61,448 bases of DNA, taken from an uncultured Candidatus Saccharibacteria bacterium. Its GTDB lineage: Bacteria; Patescibacteriota; Minisyncoccia; Phycocordibacterales; UBA10002. Both the position numbers and the translations under genes were made by a program. The notes beneath the pieces are model-generated. The model worked only from the letters and a program-made list of their open reading frames with translations. It had not been told where the DNA came from and ran no database searches. This document shows, one piece after another, positions 20,237-29,087 of this stretch. Each line of letters starts with the position of its first letter. Position 1 is the stretch's first letter. The DNA is taken from NCBI GenBank assembly GCA_964366535.1, contig CAYIUC010000002.1:10773-72220 (forward strand). The letters run 5' to 3'.

Positions 20237-20627
20237 AAAAGCTGAACAACTTAAAGAATTGCTCGCTGAACTTGCACGGCTGGTGGCGGATGAACAAGAG
20301 CACTTTATTGCAGACCTAAAGACGATTCGCGCGGCAGAACGCAATTTTGAATTAATCGTGGAGATTGCAAGTGATATTAACACGCAGATGTTAGTGGACG
20401 CGGGAAAGAAAACGCCAGATTCATACAAAGAGTCGTTTACAGAACTACAAAAAGACGGCGTACTTTCAGCGGCACTGGCAAAACGCCTAGTTTCGACCGC
20501 AAAGTTACGCAACATTCTTATTCACGAATATGACTTTGACGAGGATTATATAGAGTTTTACGACGAAGCAAAAAAGGCAATTCCAGCGTATCAAGAATAT
20601 ATGAGCGCTATACTCATTCGTATATAA
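20214..20627 (+). CDS. DUF86/HEPN-domain toxin (HepT-like)
   Basis: RNILIHEY (Rx4-6H) motif near the C-terminus. Paired with MNT. Confidence 0.8.
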   Translation: MSKELILKKAEQLKELLAELARLVADEQEHFIADLKTIRAAERNFELIVEIASDINTQMLVDAGKKTPDSYKESFTELQKDGVLSAALAKRLVSTAKLRNILIHEYDFDEDYIEFYDEAKKAIPAYQEYMSAILIRI

Positions 20628-20632
20628 AAAAT

Positions 20633-21052
20633 ATGCAAAACAATTCGCGCAAAGGAGGGGTCGGGCTTTGGCTTTTGGTGATTATCGTACTCGCTGTGGG
20701 AGGGTTTCTTTGGTATCGGAGTAGATACTATCGTGAACCACTACCACCCATTAATGTTTCTACAAACATTGAAGAAAACATAACGGTCATCTACGACACC
20801 AAAGGTTTTTCTCCGAATACGGTAACAATTAAGAAGGGAGGTACGGCGGTGTTCCAAAACAAAACAGGCAAGCGCGCGTCTATTGCTTCAAACGACCACC
20901 CTACGCATACCAAGTACCCGGAGTTTGACCAATACAAGACAGAGGCGCGCGGGCAAGATGAATTCCGTTTTGTGTTTGAGAAGGCGGGCGCGTGGGTCTA
21001 CCACGACCACCTGAACTCATCTATGACGGGCACTATTATCGTCATTGAATAA
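20633..21052 (+). CDS. membrane-anchored cupredoxin-like domain protein
   Basis: N-terminal TM, then VTIKKGGTAVFQNKTG...NDHPTH...VYHDHLNSSMTGTIIV, a cupredoxin-like His/Met pattern. Confidence 0.55.
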   Translation: MQNNSRKGGVGLWLLVIIVLAVGGFLWYRSRYYREPLPPINVSTNIEENITVIYDTKGFSPNTVTIKKGGTAVFQNKTGKRASIASNDHPTHTKYPEFDQYKTEARGQDEFRFVFEKAGAWVYHDHLNSSMTGTIIVIE

Positions 21053-21062
21053 AGTTTTTTGT

Positions 21063-21401
21063 ATGACTTCCCTCTTTCTGCGCATAGCGCTCGCGTTTTC
21101 CTTCCTCTACCCCGCGTACGGATTTTGGAAAAGCCCCGACGATTGGGTCGGCTACCTACCGCCATTTCTAAAAAGCGCAGGCATTCCAGAAGCGACGCTA
21201 CTTACATTGCTCGCCGTTTTCCACATCGCGCTCGCGCTCTGGCTCCTCTCCGGCTGGCGTATATTTCTACCATCGCTTGTAGCCGCGTTCTTCCTTGCCG
21301 GTGTCGTATTCTTCAACTGGAATCAAATAGACATCCTCTTCCGCGACCTCTCCCTCGCGCTCGCTGCGCTCGCGCTAGCGTTTGCGTCTCTAGATTCATA
21401 A
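21063..21401 (+). CDS. small polytopic membrane protein (DoxX-like?)
   Basis: About 112 aa with 3-4 hydrophobic helices. Family assignment is weak. ATG start chosen inside the track ORF that begins at a TTG at 21045. Confidence 0.35.
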   Translation: MTSLFLRIALAFSFLYPAYGFWKSPDDWVGYLPPFLKSAGIPEATLLTLLAVFHIALALWLLSGWRIFLPSLVAAFFLAGVVFFNWNQIDILFRDLSLALAALALAFASLDS

Positions 21402-21419
21402 CGAATTTGATGCGCGCTA

Positions 21420-21890
21420 TTAGATAGCACGAGAAAGTTTTCCGTCCAAAATAACAGGGTGCATTCCTAGAATCTCTTCTTTATATGAAAGTGTCGCGGA
21501 AATTGGCGAGAGCACATATATCTTTTTCTTGAGAAAAAACGCCACCGCCATTTCCATCAAGGTATTGCCTCCAATGTATCCGTCAACGCCATGTTTCGGA
21601 TAGTTTGCAACTAGAATCGCATCAGACCATACTACTTTCTCAAAATGATCATTGATCGCGTCAGCTTTCTCTTTCCAGATAGCGTGACCGACAGGAAAAG
21701 CGTCAACGCCGCCATTTTTCTCAATAAGAGCTCGAATGGACATTTTTCTGTCACGACCGCGTTCCTTTACTTCAATGCGAAGCAACGGCACCTTTACTTC
21801 GTGCTTTTTCTTGCGTAGTTTATTGGAGATATCTGCCATTTCTTTATGGAATGCCATACTACCGCATAATGTTATTTTCATGCGCGACAT
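21420..21890 (-). CDS. nucleoside 2-deoxyribosyltransferase-like fold protein
   Basis: KITLCGSMAF...SDAILVAN...GYIGGNTLMEMAVAFFLKKKIYVL resembles the NDT-like Rossmann family. Weak call. Confidence 0.4.
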   Translation of the reverse strand: MSRMKITLCGSMAFHKEMADISNKLRKKKHEVKVPLLRIEVKERGRDRKMSIRALIEKNGGVDAFPVGHAIWKEKADAINDHFEKVVWSDAILVANYPKHGVDGYIGGNTLMEMAVAFFLKKKIYVLSPISATLSYKEEILGMHPVILDGKLSRAI

Positions 21891-22129
21891 TATACCAAAT
21901 GTTTGCGTGAAAAGGCAAAACCGGAACCTTGTTTTAAGTATTTCTCAAACGCCAACGCCTGCAATTTATTTTGGAACGCGCAGTACCAGACGATATGAAA
22001 AGGGCATTTAGTGCTGGAGTATTTTGAGATTCCAGAGTTATGCTCGGCAAGACGCTTTTCTACATCCTCGGTACTGCCGGTGTAGTAACTGCCGTCCTTT
22101 TCGCTTTGGAGTATATACACAAAATACAT
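21890..22129 (-). CDS. GIY-YIG nuclease family protein (YhbQ/UPF0213-like)
   Basis: MYFVYILQSEKDGSYYTGSTEDVEKRLAEHNSG. Confidence 0.8.
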   Translation of the reverse strand: MYFVYILQSEKDGSYYTGSTEDVEKRLAEHNSGISKYSSTKCPFHIVWYCAFQNKLQALAFEKYLKQGSGFAFSRKHLV

Positions 22130-22309
22130 AAAGAATAGTATACACTGTCCTGCTACGCTAAAGCTTCGCAGGACACTGCTTCGCTCAAAACAAAACGCCC
22201 CGAATAGTCAGAGCGTATTTGTTTGTAGTGCTTGCACTTCTTCGCTAAAGCTATGAAGTGCTTGCACTGCGTAGCTCTGCGTTGCCGAAGGCTAAGCAGA
22301 GCGAAGCAG

Positions 22310-22689
22310 TGGAGATGCCGAGAATCGAACTCGGGTGCAAAAGATACTCTCATATGCGTCTACAAGGTCTAGTTATGTTTCATTTTTTAATCCATATCGC
22401 TATAAACAAACAAAACACGATATGAACGATTCTCTGCGTTTCAAAATCCGGTTGAGACGCGCCGTATTTCTAGTCCTTCAATAACATGCTATCCGGTCGC
22501 GAGGACTGCGGCTGGAGCATGTCGCTTACGCCGAAGCGCGAGCGAAAGCAAAATCATTTACTCCAAAAAATGGAGAAACGACTGCTTTAGCAACTGTTTT
22601 TGCAGTTAGGTTTCCAACAGTTTACAGAGATATTGGAGCTCCACCTTGCACATACGAAATATACGCCTTTGTCTAGGCCGATCATCCCC
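22310..22689 (-). ncRNA. ssrA: tmRNA (SsrA)
   Basis: 5' GGGGATGATCGGCCTAGACAAAGGCG pairs with 3' ...GAGTTCGATTCTCGGCATCTCCA (G3:U pair, T arm). Lies 3 nt downstream of smpB. Candidate tag frame ends ...NDFAFARASA-TAA. Confidence 0.85.
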
Positions 22690-22692
22690 GTA

Positions 22693-23139
22693 TTAAAATG
22701 CTCTTTTCAAAGAGCGCGCGATATCGCGCTCTGCGTCGCGGCGCTTCAAGGTATCGCGCTTGTCGTACTTCTTTTTGCCGCGCGCGAGCGCAAGCGCCAC
22801 CTTAACCTTCCTCCCCTTATTATACACCCGCAGGGGTACTATTGTCAATCCCTTACGGCTCTCCACTCCCGCAAGCTCTGCAATCTCCGCTCGCGTGAGT
22901 AGCAGCTTGCGGTTACGGCGCGGGTCGTACCCTTGCGGTGTATTCTTGGGCTGGTACGGAGGAATGTATGCGCCTACGAGAAATGCCTCGCCGCCGCGAA
23001 TTACTACATACGCGCCGTCTAAAGCACCGCTTTTTTGCCGTAGCGCCTTGACCTCAAACCCGAGAAGCTCAATCCCCGCCTCTAGCGTTTGCAAAAACTC
23101 GTATTTGAAGCCGGCTTTTTTGTTGTCCAAAAGCACCAT
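22693..23139 (-). CDS. smpB: SsrA-binding protein SmpB
   Basis: 148 aa. NKKAGFKYEFLQTLEAGIELLGFEVKALR...LLLTRAEI...KGLTIVPLRVYNKGRKVKV. Confidence 0.95.
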   Translation of the reverse strand: MVLLDNKKAGFKYEFLQTLEAGIELLGFEVKALRQKSGALDGAYVVIRGGEAFLVGAYIPPYQPKNTPQGYDPRRNRKLLLTRAEIAELAGVESRKGLTIVPLRVYNKGRKVKVALALARGKKKYDKRDTLKRRDAERDIARSLKRAF

Positions 23140-23170
23140 AACCGCTATAGTAGCATAGTCGTAAAAAGAG

Positions 23171-23179
23171 TGATATAAT
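23171..23179 (+). promoter_or_regulatory. extended -10 box TGaTATAAT, 8 nt before the ftsH ATG
   Basis: gTGATATAATaaatatctATG read directly. A further TTGTCC-N17-TATAGT lies about 50 nt upstream. Confidence 0.4.
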
Positions 23180-23187
23180 AAATATCT

Positions 23188-25089
23188 ATGGATACAAAAG
23201 AAAAAAAGCCGAAGAAAAGCACTGCCCCGTCGCTTGCGCGTCAGGGTATGGTGGCGCTCTTTATCTTTCTCCTGCTATCTACCGCGTACTCGTTTATCGC
23301 AGAAGGAACCGCCTCGCGCGAAGAGATTGCGCTCTCCGCGCTCGCTTCTGACATAACGGCGGACAAAGTGTCGGAAATTATCGCGCGCGGCGATGAAATA
23401 GAGGCGGTGTACAAAAATGCCGCGGAAGATGCCGCGCGCGTATTTGCGAAAAAAGAATCGGGCGCCACCGCCGCAGAAACACTCGCTGCACTTGGCGTAC
23501 CAGAAAAAGCGATTAGCGCATTGACGATTACCGTCAAGCGCCCTAGCGGGGCTTCCTACTGGCTCGGCAACCTAGCGCCATTTCTTCTGCCGATCGTACT
23601 TCTTGGTTTTCTTATCTGGTTCCTGTCGCGGCAAGTGCGCGGAGCGGGAATGCAAGCATTCTCTTTCGGCCAATCGAAAGCTCGTCTCATTTCTCCCGAC
23701 GACAAAAAGCAGAAAGTGTCGTTCAAAGATGTAGCGGGCGCAAAGGAAGCAAAGGAAGAATTGAAAGAGATTGTGGACTTTCTTAAGAACCCGAAGAAAT
23801 TTATAGACATAGGCGCGCAAATTCCGAAAGGCGTCTTGCTTATGGGCGCCTCCGGCACAGGAAAGACGCTGCTCGCGCGCGCCGTCGCCGGCGAAGCGAA
23901 TGTGCCGTTCTTTTCCATCTCGGGTTCGGAGTTTGTGGAGATGTTTGTGGGAGTTGGCGCATCGCGGGTGCGCGACCTATTCGCAATGGCGAAGAAAGCG
24001 GCACCAGCAATTATATTTATAGACGAAATAGACGCGGTTGGGCGAGTGCGCGGTGGGAGCGGCGGCATGGGCGGCGGCAACGACGAACGCGAACAGACCC
24101 TAAACCAAATTCTGGTAGAACTAGACGGCTTCGAGCCGACAGACCGACTGGTCGTTATGGCAGCGACAAACCGCCCCGATGTGTTGGACCCGGCGCTTGT
24201 GCGCCCGGGGCGCTTCGACCGCCGAGTCGTTGTGGACCTGCCCGACCGCGGCGACCGCGAGGATATTCTAAAAATCCACGCGCGCGGCAAACCGCTATTT
24301 GCAGATGTAAACCTGCGCGTTATTGCGGAGCGGACACCCGGCTTCTCGGGCGCAGACCTTTACTCCCTGATGAACGAAGGGGCGATTCTTGCCGCGCGCG
24401 AAAACCGCACGCAAGTGTCGCAGTACGACCTTATACGCTCCATTGAGAAAGTAATGCTCGGGCCAGAGCGCCGGAGCCACCTCCTATCTACAAAAGAGAA
24501 AGAAATTACTGCATACCACGAAGCGGGGCATGCGCTTGCGGCGTCCGTTTTGGAACATGCCGACCCGGTGCACAAAGTGTCTATAATCTCGCGCGGACGC
24601 GCGGCGGGCTACACGCTAAAGCTCCCGATCGAAGACCGCAAGCTCCAGTCGCGCCGCGAGTTCCTAGACGACATTGCGGTATCGCTTGGCGGGTTTGTAG
24701 CGGAAAAAATGCTTTTTGACGATCTAACTACCGGCTCCTCAAACGACCTGTCTGTTGCAACTTCGCTCGCGCGAAATATGGTAACCCGCTACGGAATGTC
24801 AGACAAAATAGGGCCGATTGCGCTCGAAGAATCAGCGGGGCTATCGCCGTTTGGAGGCGGCGATGTGTGGCGCGAATACTCGGAAAAGGTGGGCGCTGTG
24901 GTAGACGGAGAAGTCGCGCGCATTATGTCGGAGGCGGAGGCGCGCGCGACCACCATTTTGAAAACACACCGAAAACTTTTGGATGCGATAGCTTTGCGGC
25001 TTATTGAAGTGGAGACGCTGGAACGAGACGAGTTTGAGAAGCTCCTCGTGGCGCACGGCATCATGCCGAAAAAGAAGCAAGAGTTGTAA
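23188..25089 (+). CDS. ftsH: ATP-dependent zinc metalloprotease FtsH
   Basis: 633 aa with two TM segments, AAA+ Walker A GASGTGKT, an SRH, and the HEAGHAL zinc site. Confidence 0.95.
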   Translation: MDTKEKKPKKSTAPSLARQGMVALFIFLLLSTAYSFIAEGTASREEIALSALASDITADKVSEIIARGDEIEAVYKNAAEDAARVFAKKESGATAAETLAALGVPEKAISALTITVKRPSGASYWLGNLAPFLLPIVLLGFLIWFLSRQVRGAGMQAFSFGQSKARLISPDDKKQKVSFKDVAGAKEAKEELKEIVDFLKNPKKFIDIGAQIPKGVLLMGASGTGKTLLARAVAGEANVPFFSISGSEFVEMFVGVGASRVRDLFAMAKKAAPAIIFIDEIDAVGRVRGGSGGMGGGNDEREQTLNQILVELDGFEPTDRLVVMAATNRPDVLDPALVRPGRFDRRVVVDLPDRGDREDILKIHARGKPLFADVNLRVIAERTPGFSGADLYSLMNEGAILAARENRTQVSQYDLIRSIEKVMLGPERRSHLLSTKEKEITAYHEAGHALAASVLEHADPVHKVSIISRGRAAGYTLKLPIEDRKLQSRREFLDDIAVSLGGFVAEKMLFDDLTTGSSNDLSVATSLARNMVTRYGMSDKIGPIALEESAGLSPFGGGDVWREYSEKVGAVVDGEVARIMSEAEARATTILKTHRKLLDAIALRLIEVETLERDEFEKLLVAHGIMPKKKQEL

Positions 25090-25118
25090 AAACGGTTGCA
25101 GAGCAGAAACGCCATGCT

Positions 25119-25331
25119 ATGATGTCTTTGGAAAAAGTTCTTGGGTTTGAAATGGAGCACGCGATGAAAAGAGTTAAACGGACTACTGCGAAGAAAGAAT
25201 TCGAACCAAAAAATCATCAAAAGAAAACAACGGCGAATGTTGCCGTAAGCCCACCTCCTCCCGAAAACGACTACAAACAGCGAATCGGTTTCAATAATCT
25301 AATCCGCCAGGATTTGCTTGAGCGGCTCTGA
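25119..25331 (+). CDS. hypothetical small basic protein
   Basis: 70-aa ORF between ftsH and a strong terminator. No recognisable motif. Confidence 0.3.
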   Translation: MMSLEKVLGFEMEHAMKRVKRTTAKKEFEPKNHQKKTTANVAVSPPPPENDYKQRIGFNNLIRQDLLERL

Positions 25332-25348
25332 AGAGCCAGTTCCCCCCG

Positions 25349-25389
25349 CCCCCGCTCCGACATCCGTCGGAGCGGGGGTTCTTTTTTTA
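25349..25389 (+). terminator. rho-independent terminator (13-bp GC stem + T-run)
   Basis: CCCCCGCTCCGACatccGTCGGAGCGGGGGttcttttttt. Confidence 0.8.
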
Positions 25390-25406
25390 TGATATAAATA
25401 CTACGC

Positions 25407-25478
25407 ACGCCCGTAGCTCAATGGCAGAGCGTTCCGCTTATATCGGAATGGTTGGGGGTTCGAGTCCCTCCGGGCGTA
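25407..25478 (+). tRNA. tRNA-Ile with anticodon UAU (reads AUA)
   Basis: Cloverleaf folds by hand: acceptor ACGCCCG/CGGGCGT, D stem GCTC/GAGC, anticodon stem TTCCG/CGGAA with loop cTTATat, T arm GGGGGttcgagtCCCTC. Confidence 0.8.
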
Positions 25479-25479
25479 T

Positions 25480-26340
25480 ATGAATGAAATAAAAAGAGTT
25501 TTAATTCATATACGGTGGCCGCTTCAGTCACTTACCTTGCTTGGATTTCTTTTCGGCATAGTGGTTACCCGTGTCGCTTTTTCAATGGAGCTTGTTTTTG
25601 GATTCACTTCTTGGTTTCTTCTTTGCGCTGGTATTACGGTCTTTAATTCATATTACGACAAAGATGGAAAACCAGTTGCTGGATTAGAAAAACCACCTCC
25701 CACTACTACTATCATGTTAGCAGGAGCGTGGTTATTAAAATTAAGTGGGTTCCTAATCTCCTTATTTCTTAATAAAACTTTCTTGGCGATGTATGGTGTA
25801 GGTGTCGTGCTTTCAGTTGTATATTCGCATAAAAAAATAAGACTAAAATCAAACGGTTACAGAGCTGTTTTTGTTAATTTCTGCATAGGTGCAATAACAT
25901 TTCTTGCTGCGTCTTCTTTTTCAGTGCCGAGTCAGGAAATTCTTTTTTACGGTAGCATTGCTGCAGGATTCTTTTTATCGGCAATGTATCTTATGATGCA
26001 AGTGCACCAAAAAGAAGAGGACGCGACTCGTGAAGACATCTCCATCATGATACTACATGGAAGACAAGCGACTATCATTGCCGCGATAATTACACTTATT
26101 GGTGCCGCATTATTTTCCTTACTCTCATTCGCAGAATCTGGTTACCATTGGGTATACTATTTGATACTTGCTATCTACTTTATAATCATAATCTTTCTAA
26201 ATTGCATATGGCTCAAAAAAAAGGAGGACGCAATAGCAGATTTTAAGATAATGAATACGCTGACTTTGCGCGCAAGTTATGTAGCAAATGTAATTCTAGC
26301 AGTCATATATATTCTTGAAACTGTTAGATTGAATATGTAA
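25480..26340 (+). CDS. UbiA-family aromatic/polyprenyl prenyltransferase
   Basis: 286 aa with about 8 TM segments and an NSYYDKD (NxxxDxxD-type) motif. Markedly AT-rich. Starts 2 nt after the tRNA. Confidence 0.65.
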   Translation: MNEIKRVLIHIRWPLQSLTLLGFLFGIVVTRVAFSMELVFGFTSWFLLCAGITVFNSYYDKDGKPVAGLEKPPPTTTIMLAGAWLLKLSGFLISLFLNKTFLAMYGVGVVLSVVYSHKKIRLKSNGYRAVFVNFCIGAITFLAASSFSVPSQEILFYGSIAAGFFLSAMYLMMQVHQKEEDATREDISIMILHGRQATIIAAIITLIGAALFSLLSFAESGYHWVYYLILAIYFIIIIFLNCIWLKKKEDAIADFKIMNTLTLRASYVANVILAVIYILETVRLNM

Positions 26341-26356
26341 GTATATGCCAACGAAC

Positions 26357-26398
26357 AGCCCCCCGCCAATCGGCAAGGGTGATGTTCAAGGGGTGGAT
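26357..26398 (+). repeat. partial/degenerate copy of the double-hairpin repeat
   Basis: Shares the 14-mer CCCCGCCAATCGGC with the copy at 37783-37850. The remainder has diverged. Confidence 0.35.
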
Positions 26399-26456
26399 AC
26401 CAGAGCGGGAAAAACTGTGGACAGCGTGCCGCCCTTCGCGCTTGACAATTTTTGCA

Positions 26457-27062
26457 TTACTCCAACAGTCCGTCCAAATTCACATCATATAGAATCTGCT
26501 CTCCGACGAGGCGGTAATTGACGATTTCATTCCTGCCGAACCAATGCGCGAGCTCTGCTTCGGCTTCTTTCACCGAGCCGGAAGCGTGCACGAGGTTACG
26601 GACTGCCCTGCCGTCTGTATCTGACATTTGGTATGAGTCCAATACAAAGTCGCCGCGGATAGTGCCGACATCAGAAGTTAATGGCTCCGTGCCGCCGACG
26701 AGCTTGCGCACAATAGCGACAGCGTGCGCCCCCTGCATCGCGAGCGCAATCACAGGCCCGCTCGCGAGGTATTTCTTCAAGTTTGCAAGAATGCGCGCAG
26801 TAATTTCAAGCGGGTCGCGCGATGGCGGCGTGAGACCTCTGCTCTCGTAACCTTTTATTGTTTTCTCGCCCGTCACGCGCCGCCACGCTGGGTCTAGCGT
26901 GTAGTGCGCTGCTATGTGCGATTCCGTGGGTACAATGAGCTTCATACCTGCAAGCTTAAGCCCTGCGCGCTCAAAGCGCTGGATTATTTCGCCAACAAGC
27001 GAACGCTGTATCCCATCGGGCTTTATCAAAACAAGTGTTCTTTCTGTTTTTGGATGTGGCAT
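26457..27062 (-). CDS. ndk: nucleoside-diphosphate kinase (long form)
   Basis: ERTLVLIKPDGIQRSLVGEIIQRFERAGLKL...HASGS. At 201 aa it is longer than canonical Ndk. Confidence 0.85.
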   Translation of the reverse strand: MPHPKTERTLVLIKPDGIQRSLVGEIIQRFERAGLKLAGMKLIVPTESHIAAHYTLDPAWRRVTGEKTIKGYESRGLTPPSRDPLEITARILANLKKYLASGPVIALAMQGAHAVAIVRKLVGGTEPLTSDVGTIRGDFVLDSYQMSDTDGRAVRNLVHASGSVKEAEAELAHWFGRNEIVNYRLVGEQILYDVNLDGLLE

Positions 27063-27213
27063 TTTTTTATAGAAAAGAAATACCTTTCTCGGCGCATTCT
27101 TCGCGGAACACGAAAATTCTTTGCTAAGAATTTTCTCTGTACGGCGCCGTCGCGCCTCCCAAGTTTCCGCTCAGAACGCGCCTCAACGATATTTCTTTTC
27201 TGATGTTATCTTA

Positions 27214-27990
27214 TCATATTTTTGTTAAAATTTCCGCCCCATGTTCAGTCACGACTATCGTATGTTCAAAGTGTGCGGCGCGGCTGCCATCTTTCGTACG
27301 ATAGGTGAAGCCGTCGGAATCTAAAACTACCTGTTCGCTGCCAAGCGTGAGCATCGGCTCCAAAGCGAGTACCATTCCCGCTTCCAACGGCACGCCGGTG
27401 CCGGGCTTGCCGTAGTTTGGCACGAGCGGCTTTTCGTGCACCGCTCTACCGACGCCATGCCCCGCGAGGTCTCGTACAATTCCGTAATTCCCTTCCTCGC
27501 GTACAAACGACTCTACGGCGAAACCAATGGCGCCCACTGTAGCGCCAGCGCGCGCCGCAGAAACGGCGCGCGCGAGGGCTTGTTTTGTTATTGCAATAAG
27601 CTTCTCCTCCACCGTGCCCACAGCTCCGACCGCAAGCGTTAGCGCCGCATCCGTGTAGAGCCCACGGTGTCGTAACCCTAAATCAATGCTCACGATATCG
27701 CCCTCGCGCAATACTTTATCCGCAGTCGGAAGCCCGTGCACCACTTCATCGTTTACCGACACGCAGAGTGCCGATGGAAACCTCTTTTTGTCTCCCCTCG
27801 CTTGATAATTAAGAAAAGACGGCGCATCGCCCCCTTCCGCAACCAAGCGGCGCGCGAGCGCATCTAGCGTTTCTGCCGACACGCCTTTGCGCACTGCATC
27901 TCCCACACGCAAAAGAATTGCAGCCAAGCGGCGGCCGCCTTCGCGCAAGATAGCAATTTCTTCAGGCGGTTTGACTGATGATGTCTGCAT
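27214..27990 (-). CDS. map: type I methionine aminopeptidase
   Basis: 258 aa with metal ligands in VHG...DIVSIDLG...GHGVG...LEP...EHT contexts. Confidence 0.95.
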   Translation of the reverse strand: MQTSSVKPPEEIAILREGGRRLAAILLRVGDAVRKGVSAETLDALARRLVAEGGDAPSFLNYQARGDKKRFPSALCVSVNDEVVHGLPTADKVLREGDIVSIDLGLRHRGLYTDAALTLAVGAVGTVEEKLIAITKQALARAVSAARAGATVGAIGFAVESFVREEGNYGIVRDLAGHGVGRAVHEKPLVPNYGKPGTGVPLEAGMVLALEPMLTLGSEQVVLDSDGFTYRTKDGSRAAHFEHTIVVTEHGAEILTKI

Positions 27991-28552
27991 GCACTTTTTC
28001 TATCTTTTGCTCGCCGTTTATATTGTGGAATACATAGTCGGCGTTTTCGTGATAAAAGCCGATAGCGGGAACAACTTCCGTTTCGTACCAGGCAAGCCGC
28101 CGTTCTACATCTTCCAGACTATCGTCGTGCCGTCCGCGCGCAATAAGCTTCTCACGCGCCCATTCGCGCGACACATTTAGGAAAAAGAGGTGTGGCTTTT
28201 CGCGTCTGAAAAATCCCATCACCGAGTCAAGCAGTTGCGCCTCAATGAGCCGCCGGGGCGTGCCGTCAAACATAAGGTGCATATCTTGGCCGAGATCGCG
28301 CACAAGGACCGACGACCATACCCATGCAATTAGAAACCCGGGCTGTAACCCACCTGCACCTGAAATAGTGCGGGCAAGATCTGCGGCGTAGCCATTCCCG
28401 TCTTTTATAAATGCGCGCACATGCGCACCTGTTTCAATAGCGAGTACCTTTCGGCTCGGGTCGTGCTTTTTTAAGTATTCCAAAAGCAGTGCGGCTTGCG
28501 TACCCTTCCCGCTCCCGCTCCTCCCGATAAACAAAAATGTCTGCGGTGTCAT
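27962..28552 (-). CDS. adk: adenylate kinase family protein (short, lid-less)
   Basis: P-loop GRSGSGKGTQA, then FDGTPRRLIEAQ and RGRHDD. Sits in the canonical position between secY and map. Start taken at MTPQTFLF. Confidence 0.75.
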   Translation of the reverse strand: MTPQTFLFIGRSGSGKGTQAALLLEYLKKHDPSRKVLAIETGAHVRAFIKDGNGYAADLARTISGAGGLQPGFLIAWVWSSVLVRDLGQDMHLMFDGTPRRLIEAQLLDSVMGFFRREKPHLFFLNVSREWAREKLIARGRHDDSLEDVERRLAWYETEVVPAIGFYHENADYVFHNINGEQKIEKVHADIISQTA

Positions 28553-28660
28553 GCGGGCAGTATAGCGCAAAAAATATATGGAACCAAATGCTTGACAAAT
28601 TATTCATTTAGAATGTAAAAACAAGAGCGGGGGGTAGGGTTTAGCGCATACATCCGAACT

Positions 28661-28716
28661 GACCCCTCTGCCTCGCTTACGCTTCGGCATCTCCCCTCTC
28701 AAAGAGGGGCGAAGGG
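28661..28716 (+). repeat. double-hairpin repeat arm (forward)
   Basis: gacccctctgcctcGCttacGCttcggcatCTCCCCTCTcaaAGAGGGGcGAaggg. Confidence 0.7.
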
Positions 28717-29067
28717 AACTTGCCTCTGCAAAGTTTGCATTATAACTGCAAGTACTTCTTCTAAATGCTTTTCGATTTCGTTGTCCCAGAATCTAAGAAC
28801 CGTTACGCCGCGTTCGCCCAAATAATCCGTTCGCACCTTATCATATTCTCTCTGCCGAGAATGATGCGAACCGTCAATTTCTATGGCGAGTTTCTTCGCA
28901 AAACAATAAAAATCTACAATGTACCAACCAATACTTTCTTGTCGACGAAATTTGAACCCAAGTTGATTTTTCCGTAGTCGCGCCCACAGTTTTATTTCTT
29001 GTGGCGTTGCGTCTTTCCGCAATTGTTGCCGACGCGCCTTCAACTCTTTTTTGTTATGCGTCGGCAT
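28699..29067 (-). CDS. DUF559 (Vsr-like endonuclease fold) domain protein, paralog 2
   Basis: MPTHNKKELKARRQQLRKDATPQEIKLWARLRKNQLGFKFRRQESIGWYIVDFYC...IEIDGSHH...VLRFWDNEI. About 58% identical to copy 1 by hand count. The track ORF extends into the arm (29169). Confidence 0.85.
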   Translation of the reverse strand: MPTHNKKELKARRQQLRKDATPQEIKLWARLRKNQLGFKFRRQESIGWYIVDFYCFAKKLAIEIDGSHHSRQREYDKVRTDYLGERGVTVLRFWDNEIEKHLEEVLAVIMQTLQRQVPFAPL

Positions 29068-29087
29068 AGTATCTATTGTACCTCTTC

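Noticed and set aside
18040-22309. Prophage or integrative element with integrase
   Set aside because: No integrase, transposase, capsid or terminase-like ORF appears anywhere in the window. The island is therefore reported only as an accessory region.
22153-22353. 66-aa minus-strand ORF
   Set aside because: It overlaps the tmRNA 3' end and the repeat-rich tail. There is no coding signal.
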